A DNA stretch of 64,000 nucleotides from Hyaloraphidium curvatum SAG 235-1 (GCA_025558095.1 JAIVFI010000006.1:62001-126000); one strand, 5' to 3'. Shown: positions 23,801-35,429, numbered from the stretch's first letter. A program made the numbers and translations. The notes: a model not told the origin generated them from the letters alone.

Positions 23801-26639
23801 CGTGACCTTGACCAGCCCCGGAGTTGGCCCGTTGGTGCAGGCCCAGCCCCTGACGTAAAGCTCGGAGCCGTCCTGGGTCACCTCGTCGATAACGCCGCGC
23901 GGCTGCCTGTTTTCCAAGCTCTTGATGACCACGGATCCCTGGCCACCGTGACCGCCGGCCTTGAGCAGCGCCCGCTTGCCCGTCTGCATGGCCGACACCA
24001 CCGACTCGCGCGGATCCAGGGCGTACACGAAGAGCTCCACCTCATTCTTGCCGGCGTCCGAAAAGAGCTTCGACACCGTGTCTGACGGCAGCTGCGCCGA
24101 GAACCACGCCGAGACGGCCGAGTTGCCGCACAGCTTGTGGATCTCGGCCTCGGCCTTTGCGTCCGGGTTCCTCGTCGACGTCACGGCGTTGGCGAGGAAG
24201 GCCGTTGCCTGCGCCGACGCCTGCACCCAGACCGTCACGGCGCTCGAGGATCCCGTCAGGCACGCCCAGCCGTCCACGCGCCCCGCGGCGTCGTCGACCA
24301 GGGTCCCCGTGATGGCGCCCACCAGCTTGGCGGGCGCCTGCTCGATCTGAATCCGCTGGACGACGTCCTTCGGCTTCTGCACGGGCGGCGGGCTCGTGCT
24401 GCAACGGTACCAGATGCGCAGATAGGGCTTGCCGAGATCGCACTCGGGCGGCTCGCCCGGAGACGCGGCCTGCGCGGGGTTGAGCGTGACGGCGCAGTGG
24501 ACCTTGCCCTGGCACTGGGCCTGCACCGCCGGCAGAGCCGAGTTGTCCCTCCCGCACACGGGCTCCGAGGTCCCTTCCCCCGCACCTTTGCCGGGGCACA
24601 GTTCGGCCGATCCCGGGTGCCGCCCCAGCGTCGCTCGGTCGATGGCCAGGCTCGTCCCGGGGCACTCGAGCTTGATGTCGAAGCTCCCCTTGCGGTTCGG
24701 GCACAGCGTGGCCACCCTCGCCGTGCTGGGATTGTTGCCCACGCGGGACCTGCACGTGTAGGCCACTTCGAGGTATCCTTTCATGCCCGCGCAGCTGCGC
24801 GTCGAGGGAACGAGCTCGCGTACGCCGGCTTTGCATGTCTTGAGCCCGTGGCACGCGCCCCGCACCCGCGTGAGGACGGTCGCGGCCTCGTCGGCGCCGA
24901 TGGAGCACTGCGGTACGTTGGCGACGGGGAGGCGGCGGAAAGTTGCGAGGGCGGAAAAGTCGGCGGGAGGCGCCTCTTGCTCCTGCTCTTCCTCTTGCTC
25001 TTCCTCCCCGTCCCCTGAGCCATCTTCGTCCCCGCCGTTCTCGTCCGTTTCCTCATCCTCGTCGGCTGCTTCCTCGTCCGAGGCCTCTTCTTCCGAGGCC
25101 TCTTCTTCCGAGGCCTCTTCTTCCGAGGCCTCTTCTTCCGAGGCTTCATCATCCCCTTCTGCAAAGGCATGCCTTCCATGAGCAAACGAACCCGAACGTT
25201 CGCGACCACGCACCTTCGTCAGTCGTTTCTTCCTCCTCGCCAACCTCTTCCTCCACCTCTTCCTCCTCATCCTCGCTGTCCTCGGGTGGGGGAGGCCTGC
25301 CCTTGACCGTCTTCTTGACGCTCTTGGTCTTGCGCCTCACGAGCCTCTTCATCTCCATCCGCCGTGGCATCATGTGCCTCGGCATTATGCGCCTCGGCAT
25401 TATGCGCCTCGGCATCAACCGCCTCGCCCGGATCGCCCTCCTCCGCTCCTCCACCTCGGCCGCATCGCACTTGTCGCTGTACTTGCCCGTCCCGTAGACG
25501 ATCGACGCGATCTCCATGAACCCGTCGTCCTCGCACCCGATGGAGAGGTACCCGTTGTCGGAGCAGGTGATGGAGGTGTAGAACCTGACGTCCGGCATGC
25601 CCCTGACGCCTTTGGGGGTCGGCATCGGCGCGATGAGGGAGGGCAGCAGCTCGGCGCCGTGCCCCTCTCCGGCGTCGTCGTCGCCCTCGGATCCCGAATC
25701 GCCGCCTTTGCCCTCCCCGCCCTCGTCGCCACCCGTGTCCCCGTCATCGCCTCCGTCTTCCTCGGCTCCGCCTTCCTCGCCTCCGGCTTCCCCGCCTTGG
25801 CCTTTCTCGCCTCCGCCTTCCTCGCCGCCGGCTTCTCCATCCCCCCCTTCGTCATCCCCGCCTTCGTCATCCCCGCCGCCCTCGTCGCCCCCCAGCGGAT
25901 GGAAATCAGGCACCGGTTCAGGCGGCGGCGGTGGCGGTGGGATGAGCACCCCCGAAGTGCCGCCCATGGGCATGGTGGGGAACGTGGTCCCGGTCCCGCC
26001 GCCGACCAATATGGGGCCGCCGGTCCCCATCGGACCGCCGGGGAACATCTGGCCACCGGGCTGCTGGGAGCCGCCGGGCGTCTGGCCGGATTGCTTGTCG
26101 GGAATCTTGTTGTCCTTCTTGGGGTCGACGGTGTTGGTCTTCTTCGTGTCCGTGGGGTCCTTCTGCATGTGCTTTGGCGGCGGGGGTGGTGGGGGAGCCT
26201 GCTTCGGCGGAGGCGGGGGAGGCGGAGCCTGCTTGGGCGGAGGCGGGGGAGGAGGGGGAGCCTGCTTCGGAGGTGGGGGAGGTGGGGGCCTCGGGGCCGG
26301 AGGTGGAGGTGGAGGAGGTGGAGGAGGAGGGGGGGGAGGCCTCGGAGGCGGGGGTGGGGGCGGGGGTGGTCGGGGCGGGGGTGGCGGAGGTGGGGGTGGC
26401 CGAGGGGGCGGCGGCGGGGGCGGCCTGGGCGGCGGCCTCGGTGGAGGTGGCGGGGGCGGCCGTGCGCCGCCGGGCTTCCCACCGCCTCGACGGCGGCCGA
26501 GGCGGTTCTCCGCTCCCGACGCGTTGCCCGCGGCCATCCGCCGATCGGGCGCGTCCGCTACCGCGAGCCGCGCCAGGGCGGTAATCGCGATGACGAACAA
26601 CGCCGCGAGCAGCCATGCGGCCCGCGTCCGGGCCGCCAT
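20823..26639 (-). CDS. Secreted multidomain lectin-MACPF protein, copy B (tandem paralogue of copy A)
   Basis: Same domain order and intron positions as copy A. Signal peptide MAARTRAAWLLAALFVIAITALARLAVA, MACPF NWGHVFPTKVELGGKL, ends KHLSITYTCYVP*. Confidence 0.88.
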
Positions 26640-26806
26640 CGCGTCCAATCTCGTGGCCGTTCTCTTCGGTGCTGGACCCGTCGATGCCTCGCTGCCTTAC
26701 CTGACCCGGTGGCTGGTGCGTGGGCTGTCCAGATGTCACGGCGATCGGGGAAAAGATTGGCTTCAGGTAAGCCAAAAAACGCAACACTGCATCGGAAAGG
26801 CTCAAG

Positions 26807-26963
26807 CGTACACCATCTCCGAGTTTTGCCTGCGGATAAGTGGGGAACGCGCGTCCAGACAAAGGCGGAGCAGCAGCCCACCATCGATCCACCCACCAAA
26901 CCGTCTGGAACACCGTCTCTCGCCCCTTCGCCGAAGCCAAGGCAACGATTCCCACTAGCTTTC
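26807..26963. promoter_or_regulatory. Conserved upstream block of lectin-MACPF copy B
   Basis: Paralogous to 20224-20377. Confidence 0.5.
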
Positions 26964-26964
26964 C

Positions 26965-28500
26965 CCGCCCGCCCGCCCGTACGGGCTCCGCCCTCGCCTT
27001 GGCCAGCGCCGCTTCCTCCTGCTTCGCGGTCCCGACCTTGCCACGGCGCATGAGAGCCTCGAAGGCGTCAATTGCCGGGCCGGCATCGGGATCGTGGGAG
27101 AGGGCTTCGCTCCTGAACATCCACATCGGCTCCCTGCAGAAGGGCACACCTGTCACTAATCCACCCGCGAGCGATTACGTCTGCGCAACCGCAACCCACC
27201 ACTCGTGCACCACGAGATACTCGCCCCCCTCCCACCTTCCAGATACGAAGCACGAGAACTTCCAGAGGCCCATCGACTTGCCCAGCAGGATCTCGCCGTG
27301 CTCCCGGAGGCCCGCGGGCACAGGCTCCCACGTGTTACGCCAGGAGACGGTGAACAGGCCGTCCTCGTCCTCGGATAGTATCTCGGCCACCTGCAGAAGC
27401 AAACACATCAGGCGATTCCCCCTCAGCTCCGAAAGAACCGGCAAGCAGACGAACCTTTGTGTTGCCCCCGGCCACGGCCTCCTCCTCCTGCCTTTTGACG
27501 TGTGGCCCCCGCGCCGCGCCGTCTTCGCCATCCTGCTCGCGATCCTGGAACTTCTGCACCTTGGTGTAGGCCGACGGGTCGATGGCCAGCAGCTCCGCCA
27601 TCCCGTGCGTGGAATCCGCCCTGGCGACCAGGTCAGCCCGGCCGGATCAACCCCGCGGACCCGGGAAAGCACACCATTCGACCTCGTGGTGGAACACTTT
27701 CCACTCCCCAACTTTGATCCACGACCTCCGACGATCCGTGCGAGCTTCAGGGGGTTTCTGGCTTTGCGGCGGGGTGCGGGCCGCGGGGTCGGGGAGGCGA
27801 GCGGGTGCTTCGGCTTCGGCGGGGGCTGCTGGGACCTGCTGCGGGATTTGGGCGGAGCCGGAGTCGGGCTCCGAAGGGGCAGCTTGACCACGAGGCTCGA
27901 GGCGCGGTCGAGGGGTTTGCGCGGCGCACGATCGGGGGCGTCGCTGGCGCGGCGGGGCCGCTTGGTCTCCCTCTCTTCCTCGAGGGCGTCCAGGAGGAGC
28001 TTCTTGACCTTGCCCGACGGTTCCGCGGGGAGCTCGAGGGGCGTTTCCTCGGGGATCGGCCCGCGTGCGCGGCCGTCGAACGACACCCGGCGTGCATCGT
28101 GAGCAAGCGCGAGCTCGTGCGGTAGATGGCCCTCCTCCTCGTCCTCTCCGGATTCCGACGCCGTCGACTTGGCAATCGGCGAGAGCAGCCCCGCGTCTTC
28201 GGGCTCAGGCGCTGCCGCGGGCACCTGCCCAGCCGGCGGCTTCTTGCCTTCTCGACCTCCCTCCGCCACCGGGGCCGGGGTCTTCCGCGGCCTGCCCCTC
28301 TTCTTCTTCTCGATCACGATCTCGGACTCCTGCACCGCCGCGCCCACCTGCTTGCCGCCGCCGCGGAGCCACTCCGCCTTGGCCGCCGCGATGCGGAACA
28401 TCGCCGCGCGCTCGGCGGGCGCGAGGTGGCCCAGCGAGCCGTCCATGGCGGCCGGTGCAAAGACCGCCGTGTCGATGCCGTCAAAGAGGCTGGCGGACAT
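26965..28500 (-). pseudogene. AT-hook protein with chromo-like segments, possibly disrupted
   Basis: KKKRGRPRK AT-hook. Chromo-like pieces KVFHHEVEWADST and VAEILSEDEDGLFTVSWRNTWEP. Needs an apparent frameshift near 27730 and has no nearby stop before the MACPF-B upstream block. Confidence 0.4.
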
Positions 28501-28673
28501 CTCTCCAATGGGGCTGGGGGAACGGTTCGGCGAGGGATGCGTCACCGATCGGGGCAGCGAGATCGGGCCGGCGCGCCGAATGCCACTATGCCACTCCACA
28601 ACAGTGAATGATGGCAAACAAGCATGTCGGCTTCAGGAACGCCGCATGGAGAACCGCAGTCGATCATGGGCCG

Positions 28674-29799
28674 CTACATTCTGGCCTTCGCGCCGCCGTC
28701 CCCGGAGTCCGGCAAACGGAACCTATACGCCTCCCTACGGGCAAAATCCTCAACGCTGGTGGGCTCCCGCCCGCAGATTTCCCTGATGACCTCGGGCCAC
28801 ACGGCCGGCGGTCGGCCCCTTGTGGTCCCCGATGAGGATGCGCGGGCCATTGCAGCCTAGGCGGGCGCGAATCAGCGTCGGCGCAAAGAAAACGATGGGC
28901 TGATCGCTACCTGCGTTGTCCGGATCATGTCTGCGATGCAGGCCATGTACGCGAGCTTGCCGAAATCGTTGGGCGTGTCCTCCTTGCAACGGGCAAGGAA
29001 CCCGTCCGGGTCCACGAGCTCGTACCCGATTGGCCTGCCCGCGACCTTGGAGAGGATCCCGCACACCTCATCGATGGCCAGGGGCTCCGCGGCAAGCCGG
29101 TACGTCTTGCCGCCGTGCCGGTCGGGGTCCAGGAGGCACCGCGCGGCGACCTCGCCGATGTCCTCCGAGTCGATCCAGGGGGAGACGCCGTAGGGAGGGA
29201 AGAGGGATGTAACGGTGCCGGAGCGGGGGTCGAAGAAGGGGAAGCCGGCGTAGGTTTGCAGGTTCGAGGTGAAGAAGCCAGGGTGAAGCAGCGTGCACGT
29301 CCGTCCTCCGGACGGACCAAACGCGTGCTCCAGGTGCTCTTCCACGAGCCTGTGCCACACCACGTGCTTGTACCGGCCAAGGGCACCGGTGCGGTCAGCG
29401 CCCAGGTGCACGACGTGCGTGACGCCCGCAGCCACGGCGGCGTCCGAGAGCAGCACCGTCTGCGACAGCATGTCGGAGGTATAGCCCGTGGCAATAAAGA
29501 TTGCGTCGATGCCTGTCGCGATTCGAGAGCACGGTCAGGACGCTCCTGTGGGAGACACCTTGCCCACGCGCCCCACCCTCCAAAGCCGCCTGGAACCCCT
29601 TCGGCTCGTCAAAGTCCAAAACGCGCGCTTCGGTCGCCAGCTTCGCCGCCTTCTCGGGTGACCGCGCCGACGCGACCACGCGGACGGGCCGCCCGCGGAC
29701 CATCGCGCCCGCCGCGACGAGCCACTCGAGGTGCCGCAGGCACGCCGAGGGCACCGTGCCGGTCGCGGCAGTCACGAGGATCGTGTAGGGCCGCGACAT
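28674..29799 (-). CDS. NmrA-like NAD(P)-binding Rossmann-fold protein; 3 exons
   Basis: ILVTAATGTV (GxxGxxG variant), ARSPEKA, WHRLVEEHL, LHPGFF..NL, WIDSEDIGEVAA, HGGKTY, GRPIGY and a final exon ending ..GREPTSVEDFARRE. Confidence 0.85.
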
Positions 29800-29985
29800 C
29801 GCTCGGTTCGTCCTGCGATGAGCTGTTGATGCTTGTCAGTCAGCTCCCGCAATCGGACGCGGCGTCGTGCGTCCCACTCTGACTTGGAAGACACGCACTA
29901 CCGGTCGGAACCGGTGCCATGTTCTCGACCGGCGCCCGCAAAGGACTCGTAGGTCTTCCCGTCGCCCTCGGTGCGCCTCGTCCTG

Positions 29986-31494
29986 ATGCCGTCCCCTTCG
30001 CTTCGCCAGCTCGACCGGCTCCAGCAGCAGTTCCTCGAGGGACAGCTGACCGACGTCGTCGTGCGCGTCCGCGTGGGTGAAAAGGCTGTTTCGGGCGCGT
30101 CGAACTGCGATGCCACGGCGGACGTCGCAGAAGAGGGCGGCCCGGAGTCGGAGCGGCCCGACGCGTTCGTGGATATCAGGGCCCACACGAACGTGCTCTG
30201 CGCCCGCTCGGACTACTTTGCAAAGTGCCTCTCGGGCGATTGGGTCGAAGCCGAGCGGCGGCGCGTGGAGCTGGCGCTGCCGGACGAGCAGGCGCTGGAA
30301 GACCTGAAGCTCCTGTTCAAGCTTTCCTATTCGGACTCGTTCGTGCGCGACGGGGGGAAGCTGCTTCCGCTCGACGTGCGACTGCGGCTCGCGGAGCGCG
30401 CCGATGCGCTCGAATTCGTGGACGCCGTCGAGAATATCGTGGTGTCGCTGCCCGAGGGACTGGACTTCGACGCCGCGGTCAAGTGCGTTTCGGAGCTGCC
30501 GGCGTTCCTCGAGGAACATCCCCTGCTGCCGGGCACCAAGCTTCGGATCGTCCCCCTGCTTGCCAAGGGCATCGAGGAGCGGGCCGGGCGGGGGATCGCG
30601 ACGGACGCGGCCGTGGTGGCCCTGGCAAAGTGCCTCGGCCCCGTGTGCGGCATGTTCGTGTCCGGCCTGGCCCTCGTCGAGGGCACGCTCGCCTTGCGGA
30701 AGGAGGTCAAGGACCTATCACCCGCCATCTTCAAGCGCGTGCTCGGGAGCGATGCGCTGCAGCTGCAGCTCGAGAACGAGGCGTACCACCTCCTCGTCGC
30801 GTGGCTCCACCAATCGCCGCACGTCCCGAGCAGGGAGCAGAGGGCGGCGCTTTTCAGGGACCTGCTGCCGAAGATCCGCTTCAACCATGTCGCGTTGGAC
30901 TTCCTCGGCAACGCCGTGGCCTTCTGCCCGCTGATGCAGGCGTCCGGCATGCTGCCCTCCGTGATCCGCGCGGCCGGCGCGCGGAAGGGCGCGTCGATGT
31001 CGGTCGTTAATGCCGCGAACGTTGCGCAAGGCCCGCGAGACCGCGGAGTCGCTCCGTCGGAGGCTTGCTGGTATGCCACCGCCGCCTTCACCTTGGCGGA
31101 GATCGCGGGCCTCGCTCCTGGCTTCGTAGGAAGCAGCGCCGTCTCGAAATGGTCCACGCTCGTGGGCGGGTACCCGACGGCCTTGGTGGCGCAGCATTCG
31201 GGCGACGGGTCGGACACCCCGGGTTCGGGCTCCCTGGGGATCTTTCTCCAGGTCTCTTTGCCGCCGGCCGGCGTCGCCATCGACGGCAGCGCGGAGGCCG
31301 GCATTGCACTCAAGGCGGAGTTCAACCTGCCGGCCGTCGCCGAAAAGTCCTTCTCGGCCTTTCTTTCTGGCAAGTGTTGGGGCTGGAAGGATATGTTCTC
31401 CAAACCTTGGTTTGAGGTCGTGAAGCAGGACAGTCCGTTCTTTCCCGGGGGCTGGATGACCGTCAGGGCGAAGGTCAGGCTGGCGTTGGAGTGA
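29986..31494 (+). CDS. BTB/POZ-BACK protein with MATH-like C-terminus (intronless)
   Basis: LTDVVVRV..IRAHTNVLCARSDYFAKCLSGDWVE (BTB); L..ENEAYHLLVAWL..LLPKIRF.HV (BACK); CWGWKDMF..MTVRAKV (MATH-like). Confidence 0.85.
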   Translation: MPSPSLRQLDRLQQQFLEGQLTDVVVRVRVGEKAVSGASNCDATADVAEEGGPESERPDAFVDIRAHTNVLCARSDYFAKCLSGDWVEAERRRVELALPDEQALEDLKLLFKLSYSDSFVRDGGKLLPLDVRLRLAERADALEFVDAVENIVVSLPEGLDFDAAVKCVSELPAFLEEHPLLPGTKLRIVPLLAKGIEERAGRGIATDAAVVALAKCLGPVCGMFVSGLALVEGTLALRKEVKDLSPAIFKRVLGSDALQLQLENEAYHLLVAWLHQSPHVPSREQRAALFRDLLPKIRFNHVALDFLGNAVAFCPLMQASGMLPSVIRAAGARKGASMSVVNAANVAQGPRDRGVAPSEACWYATAAFTLAEIAGLAPGFVGSSAVSKWSTLVGGYPTALVAQHSGDGSDTPGSGSLGIFLQVSLPPAGVAIDGSAEAGIALKAEFNLPAVAEKSFSAFLSGKCWGWKDMFSKPWFEVVKQDSPFFPGGWMTVRAKVRLALE

Positions 31495-31824
31495 GGCAGG
31501 GAGATGGTTCTGGGTGACTGGTGTGAATGCGAGAGCTTCCGACCATTCATTCCACTCATTTTCATTTATTGAACTACATCCAATCTTCAAGCATCATATT
31601 CCTCCATGCTCACCGTGCTCCTTTGACGTGAAAAGCAGTGGTTTCCGGTGACCGAGAAGATGATCCGCGCCCTCCTTCTTTCTTCAATGCAGCGGCAATA
31701 GAGATCACTGGGTTCCGAAGAAGCACCACAGATTGCATTACTTGTGAGATTCTGTCAAGGGGTTCGGGATGGTTTCCAAAGTCCGTCCCTCGATTGAAGG
31801 GTCGGGGCGAACCCGAGGCGGTGG

Positions 31825-32166
31825 CCTGGCCGCCAAACGGGCACCCTCCGCTGCCCTGCGGGACAGGCCATCTCCATCGTCCAGGCTCTGGTGGGTTCTT
31901 GTCCGCTGCCGTGCGGGCCCGGGGTTCTGATCCGCTTGGGATCCGCCGTGCAGTACGGCCGGTACCCGGGCTCGTCGGGCGACCAAACATGCCGCGCCGG
32001 TCCCATGCGCCCTTGCGCGCCGGATCCCGTCGGTTATGCTTACCGCAATAACTTTGCGTATTGCAGTGGGAGAAACACCTGCGAGGTGAAGACGGAGGGG
32101 CTGCTCGACACTTGCCAGGGTTCCACCAAGCACCTGTCCATCACGTATACCTGCTACGTTCCGTGA
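31825..32166 (+). pseudogene. Inverted orphan copy of the last two exons (C-terminal SUEL lectin) of the lectin-MACPF genes
   Basis: GTLRCPAGQAISIVQAL [intron] YGRYPGSSGDQTC..KHLSITYTCYVP*, with the intron in the same position as in copies A and B. In-frame TGA at 31795 and no ATG or signal peptide upstream. Confidence 0.8.
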
Positions 32167-32217
32167 ATTGTACCCGACATGCTATCAATGTGCTGAGCGG
32201 CGTGATCTTGGATCCGA

Positions 32218-33546
32218 TCATCCCCCTCTTGGCTTTCCGAAGGCCCCGAGCTCCGCGATTTGCGAAACCAGCAGTCCCTTCTTCCCCTTCCGGAAACGCA
32301 CGGCCAGCTCCATCTGGGGATCCAGCCCGCCGGCGGCCACCAGCGCCATGTCCTCGTCCACCGTCGTCGGGAAGCTCCTCAGCACGAGCCCAAGGTAGGA
32401 CGCGAGCACCTTTCTCACGCCAGCATCGGTGTCCTTTCCTTCGGGCAACGACCAGGCCGGCGAGTCCAGCGGTTCCACCTTCCGAGCGTCCTCCTCCCCG
32501 GCGAGCAGCACACGGGCGGCGGCATCAAGCCGGCCCCTGTCCCTGCCGACGATCCGGAAACCGGCATCGCCGACCAGCGCCCGCTTCCATTCGGCTCCAC
32601 CCGGGGCCACGCGGACTCCGGTCAGGTCCGCCGCCAGCGACAGCGCGTCCAGGTCCCCACGGAGCTCCACCGAGTCGTGCGGGTTCCCGTCGACGACGAA
32701 TCCGTAGTCAAGGAGGAAGTTTCCGTTGTCCAGGTCCCCGTATTTGATGGTCAGCTCTCCGCCCTCGACCACGTCCCTCTCCGCGCGCACCTCCACCGCG
32801 TCCAGGTCGTCGGAAAGCGCCACGGCGCAGGTCGGCTCTCCGCTGTGGTCCATCATGTCCACCAGCGGGAGCATCCGCCGCGCGGTCCGGGGATCGTCGC
32901 CATCCTGGCCCGCCAGGCGGAAGCTGAAGGCCCGCGACGAGGCGGCCGACATACCCCACGCGAGGTCCGACAGCGCGGTGGCGCGGTCCGAGCCGTCCAG
33001 GCCAAGGGCAGAGAGCACTTCCTTGTCGGCCGAGAGGCGGGCAAGCAGTCTGGCCCGCATGGCGAGCTGCAGCTGGGTCGGGGCGTACTGCAACGCGTCC
33101 TGCACGTCCTTGGGAAAGAATAGTGGCGTTGATATCCTGGCTGGCAGGAAATCCAGGTACGGCTTGAAGGCGCTCGGCGGGGAGCCACGCCTGCATTCCG
33201 CCAGAACCAGCATGCCCAGCGCGAGCTGCCACAGCCCCTCGGGCACCCTATCCAGCACGTTCTTCACGGCATGTTTCGACTCGATCGCCGCGGTATCGAA
33301 TCCCAGGGTCGCCCGGCGCGGCAGGGCGAACAGCAGGGAGCCCTTGGGCGCGTCGCGCGACGCGGCGAGCGTGATCCCGTCCGGCTTGAGCTTCAGCGCC
33401 GGCGCCGAGGGACTGCGGAGGCCAATGTCGACGAGCCACCTCGAAAACGCGTGAGCCGCAGCGCGGACGTCCCCGGCGAGCCGTTGCATCGCGTCGTTTT
33501 TTGGGAGTTCGACGCGTAAACAGTCAGACGCGTCCCGTGGCCACAT
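32218..33546 (-). CDS. SET-domain lysine methyltransferase, Rubisco-LSMT-like (intronless)
   Basis: PYLDFLP, WGMSAASSRAF, MLPLVDMMDH, ELTIKYG..NGNFLLDYGF..NPHD and FPTTVDED..LAVRFRKGKK (substrate-binding domain). Start 33546 or 33489. Confidence 0.88.
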   Translation of the reverse strand: MWPRDASDCLRVELPKNDAMQRLAGDVRAAAHAFSRWLVDIGLRSPSAPALKLKPDGITLAASRDAPKGSLLFALPRRATLGFDTAAIESKHAVKNVLDRVPEGLWQLALGMLVLAECRRGSPPSAFKPYLDFLPARISTPLFFPKDVQDALQYAPTQLQLAMRARLLARLSADKEVLSALGLDGSDRATALSDLAWGMSAASSRAFSFRLAGQDGDDPRTARRMLPLVDMMDHSGEPTCAVALSDDLDAVEVRAERDVVEGGELTIKYGDLDNGNFLLDYGFVVDGNPHDSVELRGDLDALSLAADLTGVRVAPGGAEWKRALVGDAGFRIVGRDRGRLDAAARVLLAGEEDARKVEPLDSPAWSLPEGKDTDAGVRKVLASYLGLVLRSFPTTVDEDMALVAAGGLDPQMELAVRFRKGKKGLLVSQIAELGAFGKPRGG

Positions 33547-33806
33547 CAGCGTTCACTTTCGCCGCAATGATTCTTTCGCGGTGAGTCCTCACCTCTGTCA
33601 TCTAGCTTCCAACCCGCTGACTTTCGAAACAGCACGTCCAGCACCGCCTGAGCGCTCCGCGATGCCCCAAGACTCGGTGCCTCCCGGCCGACTCCCGGCT
33701 CATTCGCGATCACCCGATTTCGCTCCGCTCCGCTCCGCTCCCGCCGTCCCGCGTCTCCCGCAGACTGCAAGACGCGCACTATTCTCCGCAACGCATCCTC
33801 GCCGCG

Positions 33807-35429
33807 ATGGCGTCGCTCTTCGTCACCCTCGCCCTGAGCGTCCTCGCGCTCGTCCTCCTCCGCGACCTCTGGGCCTTCCTGACGTGCCGGCTCGCGCACC
33901 TCCCCGGCCCGCTCCACACGCGCTCGCCGCTGCTCACCTTCGTGTCGCTGCTCCCCGCGATGCCGCGCGGCAAGGTCGCCGAGCACACCGCGGCCCTCGT
34001 CAGGAAGTACGGCCCCATCGTGCGGACCGCGCCCAACCGCGTGTCGTGCGCGGACCCGGCGCTGCTGTCGGCCGCCATGGCGACCTCGGACGGATTCCTG
34101 AAGGACCCGAGGATATACCTCCCCGGCGCCGGAGGGGTGCGGGACCTGTTTGCCACGATCGAGCGGGACGCGCACAGGGCCATGAGGCGGAAGCTGTCGC
34201 CGGCCTTCTCGGTGCGCTCCCTCGCCGCGATGCAACCCATCGTCGCGGGCGTCGTGGAGGAGTTCGTCGCCAAGCTGGACGGGATGGCGGAGAGGGGCGA
34301 GCAGGCGGACTTCCTGAAGCTGTTTGGGCTGGCCACGGGCGAGGTCATTGGCGAGGTCGCGTTCGGGGAGCGGTGGGGGCTGATCAAGAAGGGGCACTCG
34401 GACGTGCTCGAAAAGTCGGAAGCTTCCGTCAAGTGGGTCTTCTTCGCGTGCTCTTGAAGCCGCCTGCCTGACCGCCCATCCAGAGCCTACGTGTTCAACA
34501 TGATCTTCGGCGACGCCATGATTGGCATCCTCTACCTCCTCTTCCCCTTCATCCGCAAGGGCATCGCCGCCTACGAGGACCTCAACAAGTACGCGCTCGG
34601 GATCGTGCGCGATCGCCGCGCGGGAAAGACTCCCAGGCGGGACGATCTGCTCCAGCGGATGGTCGACGCGATCGACTCGGAGACGGGAGAGGCGCTCACG
34701 GACCAGGAGGTCGCCTCCAACTGCCTGTACGCCTCTTGCCAGCGGCCCCTTGTTCTCCTTGCTCCATGTTGACGTTCTTCCCACAGGCTCCTGATCACCG
34801 CCGGCGACGAAACGACGGCGCATCAGCTCTCCTTCACCACCTACCTCCTCCTCACCCACCCCTCCGCCCTCGCTTCCCTCGTCGCCGAGCTGGACCGCGC
34901 CGCCGCCTCCCACGGCATCGCCCGGGAAGCCCTCCTCCCCCACTCGGCGCTCAAGGACCTCCCCTACCTCGACGCCGTGCTCCGCGAATCCCTGCGGTTG
35001 ATGCCGACCACCTCCAGCGTCACGGAGCGGGTAGCCCCCGCGGACTGGACGCACCCATCGAAGCCGGGGATCTTTGTCCCCGCGGGGACGAGCATCGAGT
35101 GCCTCAACGGCCCGGCGTCCCGGGACCCCGCCGCCTTCGGCCCCGACGCCGATTCCTTCGTCCCCGAACGGTGGCTCGGCGAAAAGGGCCTCTCCGAATC
35201 ACAAGTCAAGTGGAACTTCCTCCCCTTCTCGCGCGGCCCGCACAACTGCATCGGGTCGGGCTTGGCGATGGTGGAGATGCGGATGCTGGTGGGGAACGCG
35301 TTCAGGCGGTACACCCTAAAGCTGGCGGACGCGGAGCTGGCAGCGGGGCGGAGGGGGCTGAGGACGTGCGCGTTTTTGACGAGTGCGCCGGAGGAGGGGG
35401 AGCTGGTGATTTCGGTGTCGAGGCGTTGA
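33807..35429 (+). CDS. Cytochrome P450; 3 exons
   Basis: N-terminal membrane anchor; introns 34433-34483 and 34727-34786; AGDETT (I-helix), ESLR, PERW and FSRGPHNCIG (heme). Confidence 0.95.

Noticed and set aside
28674-35429. NmrA + P450 + SET genes as a secondary-metabolite cluster
   Set aside because: No PKS, NRPS or terpene backbone gene; the neighbours are functionally unrelated.
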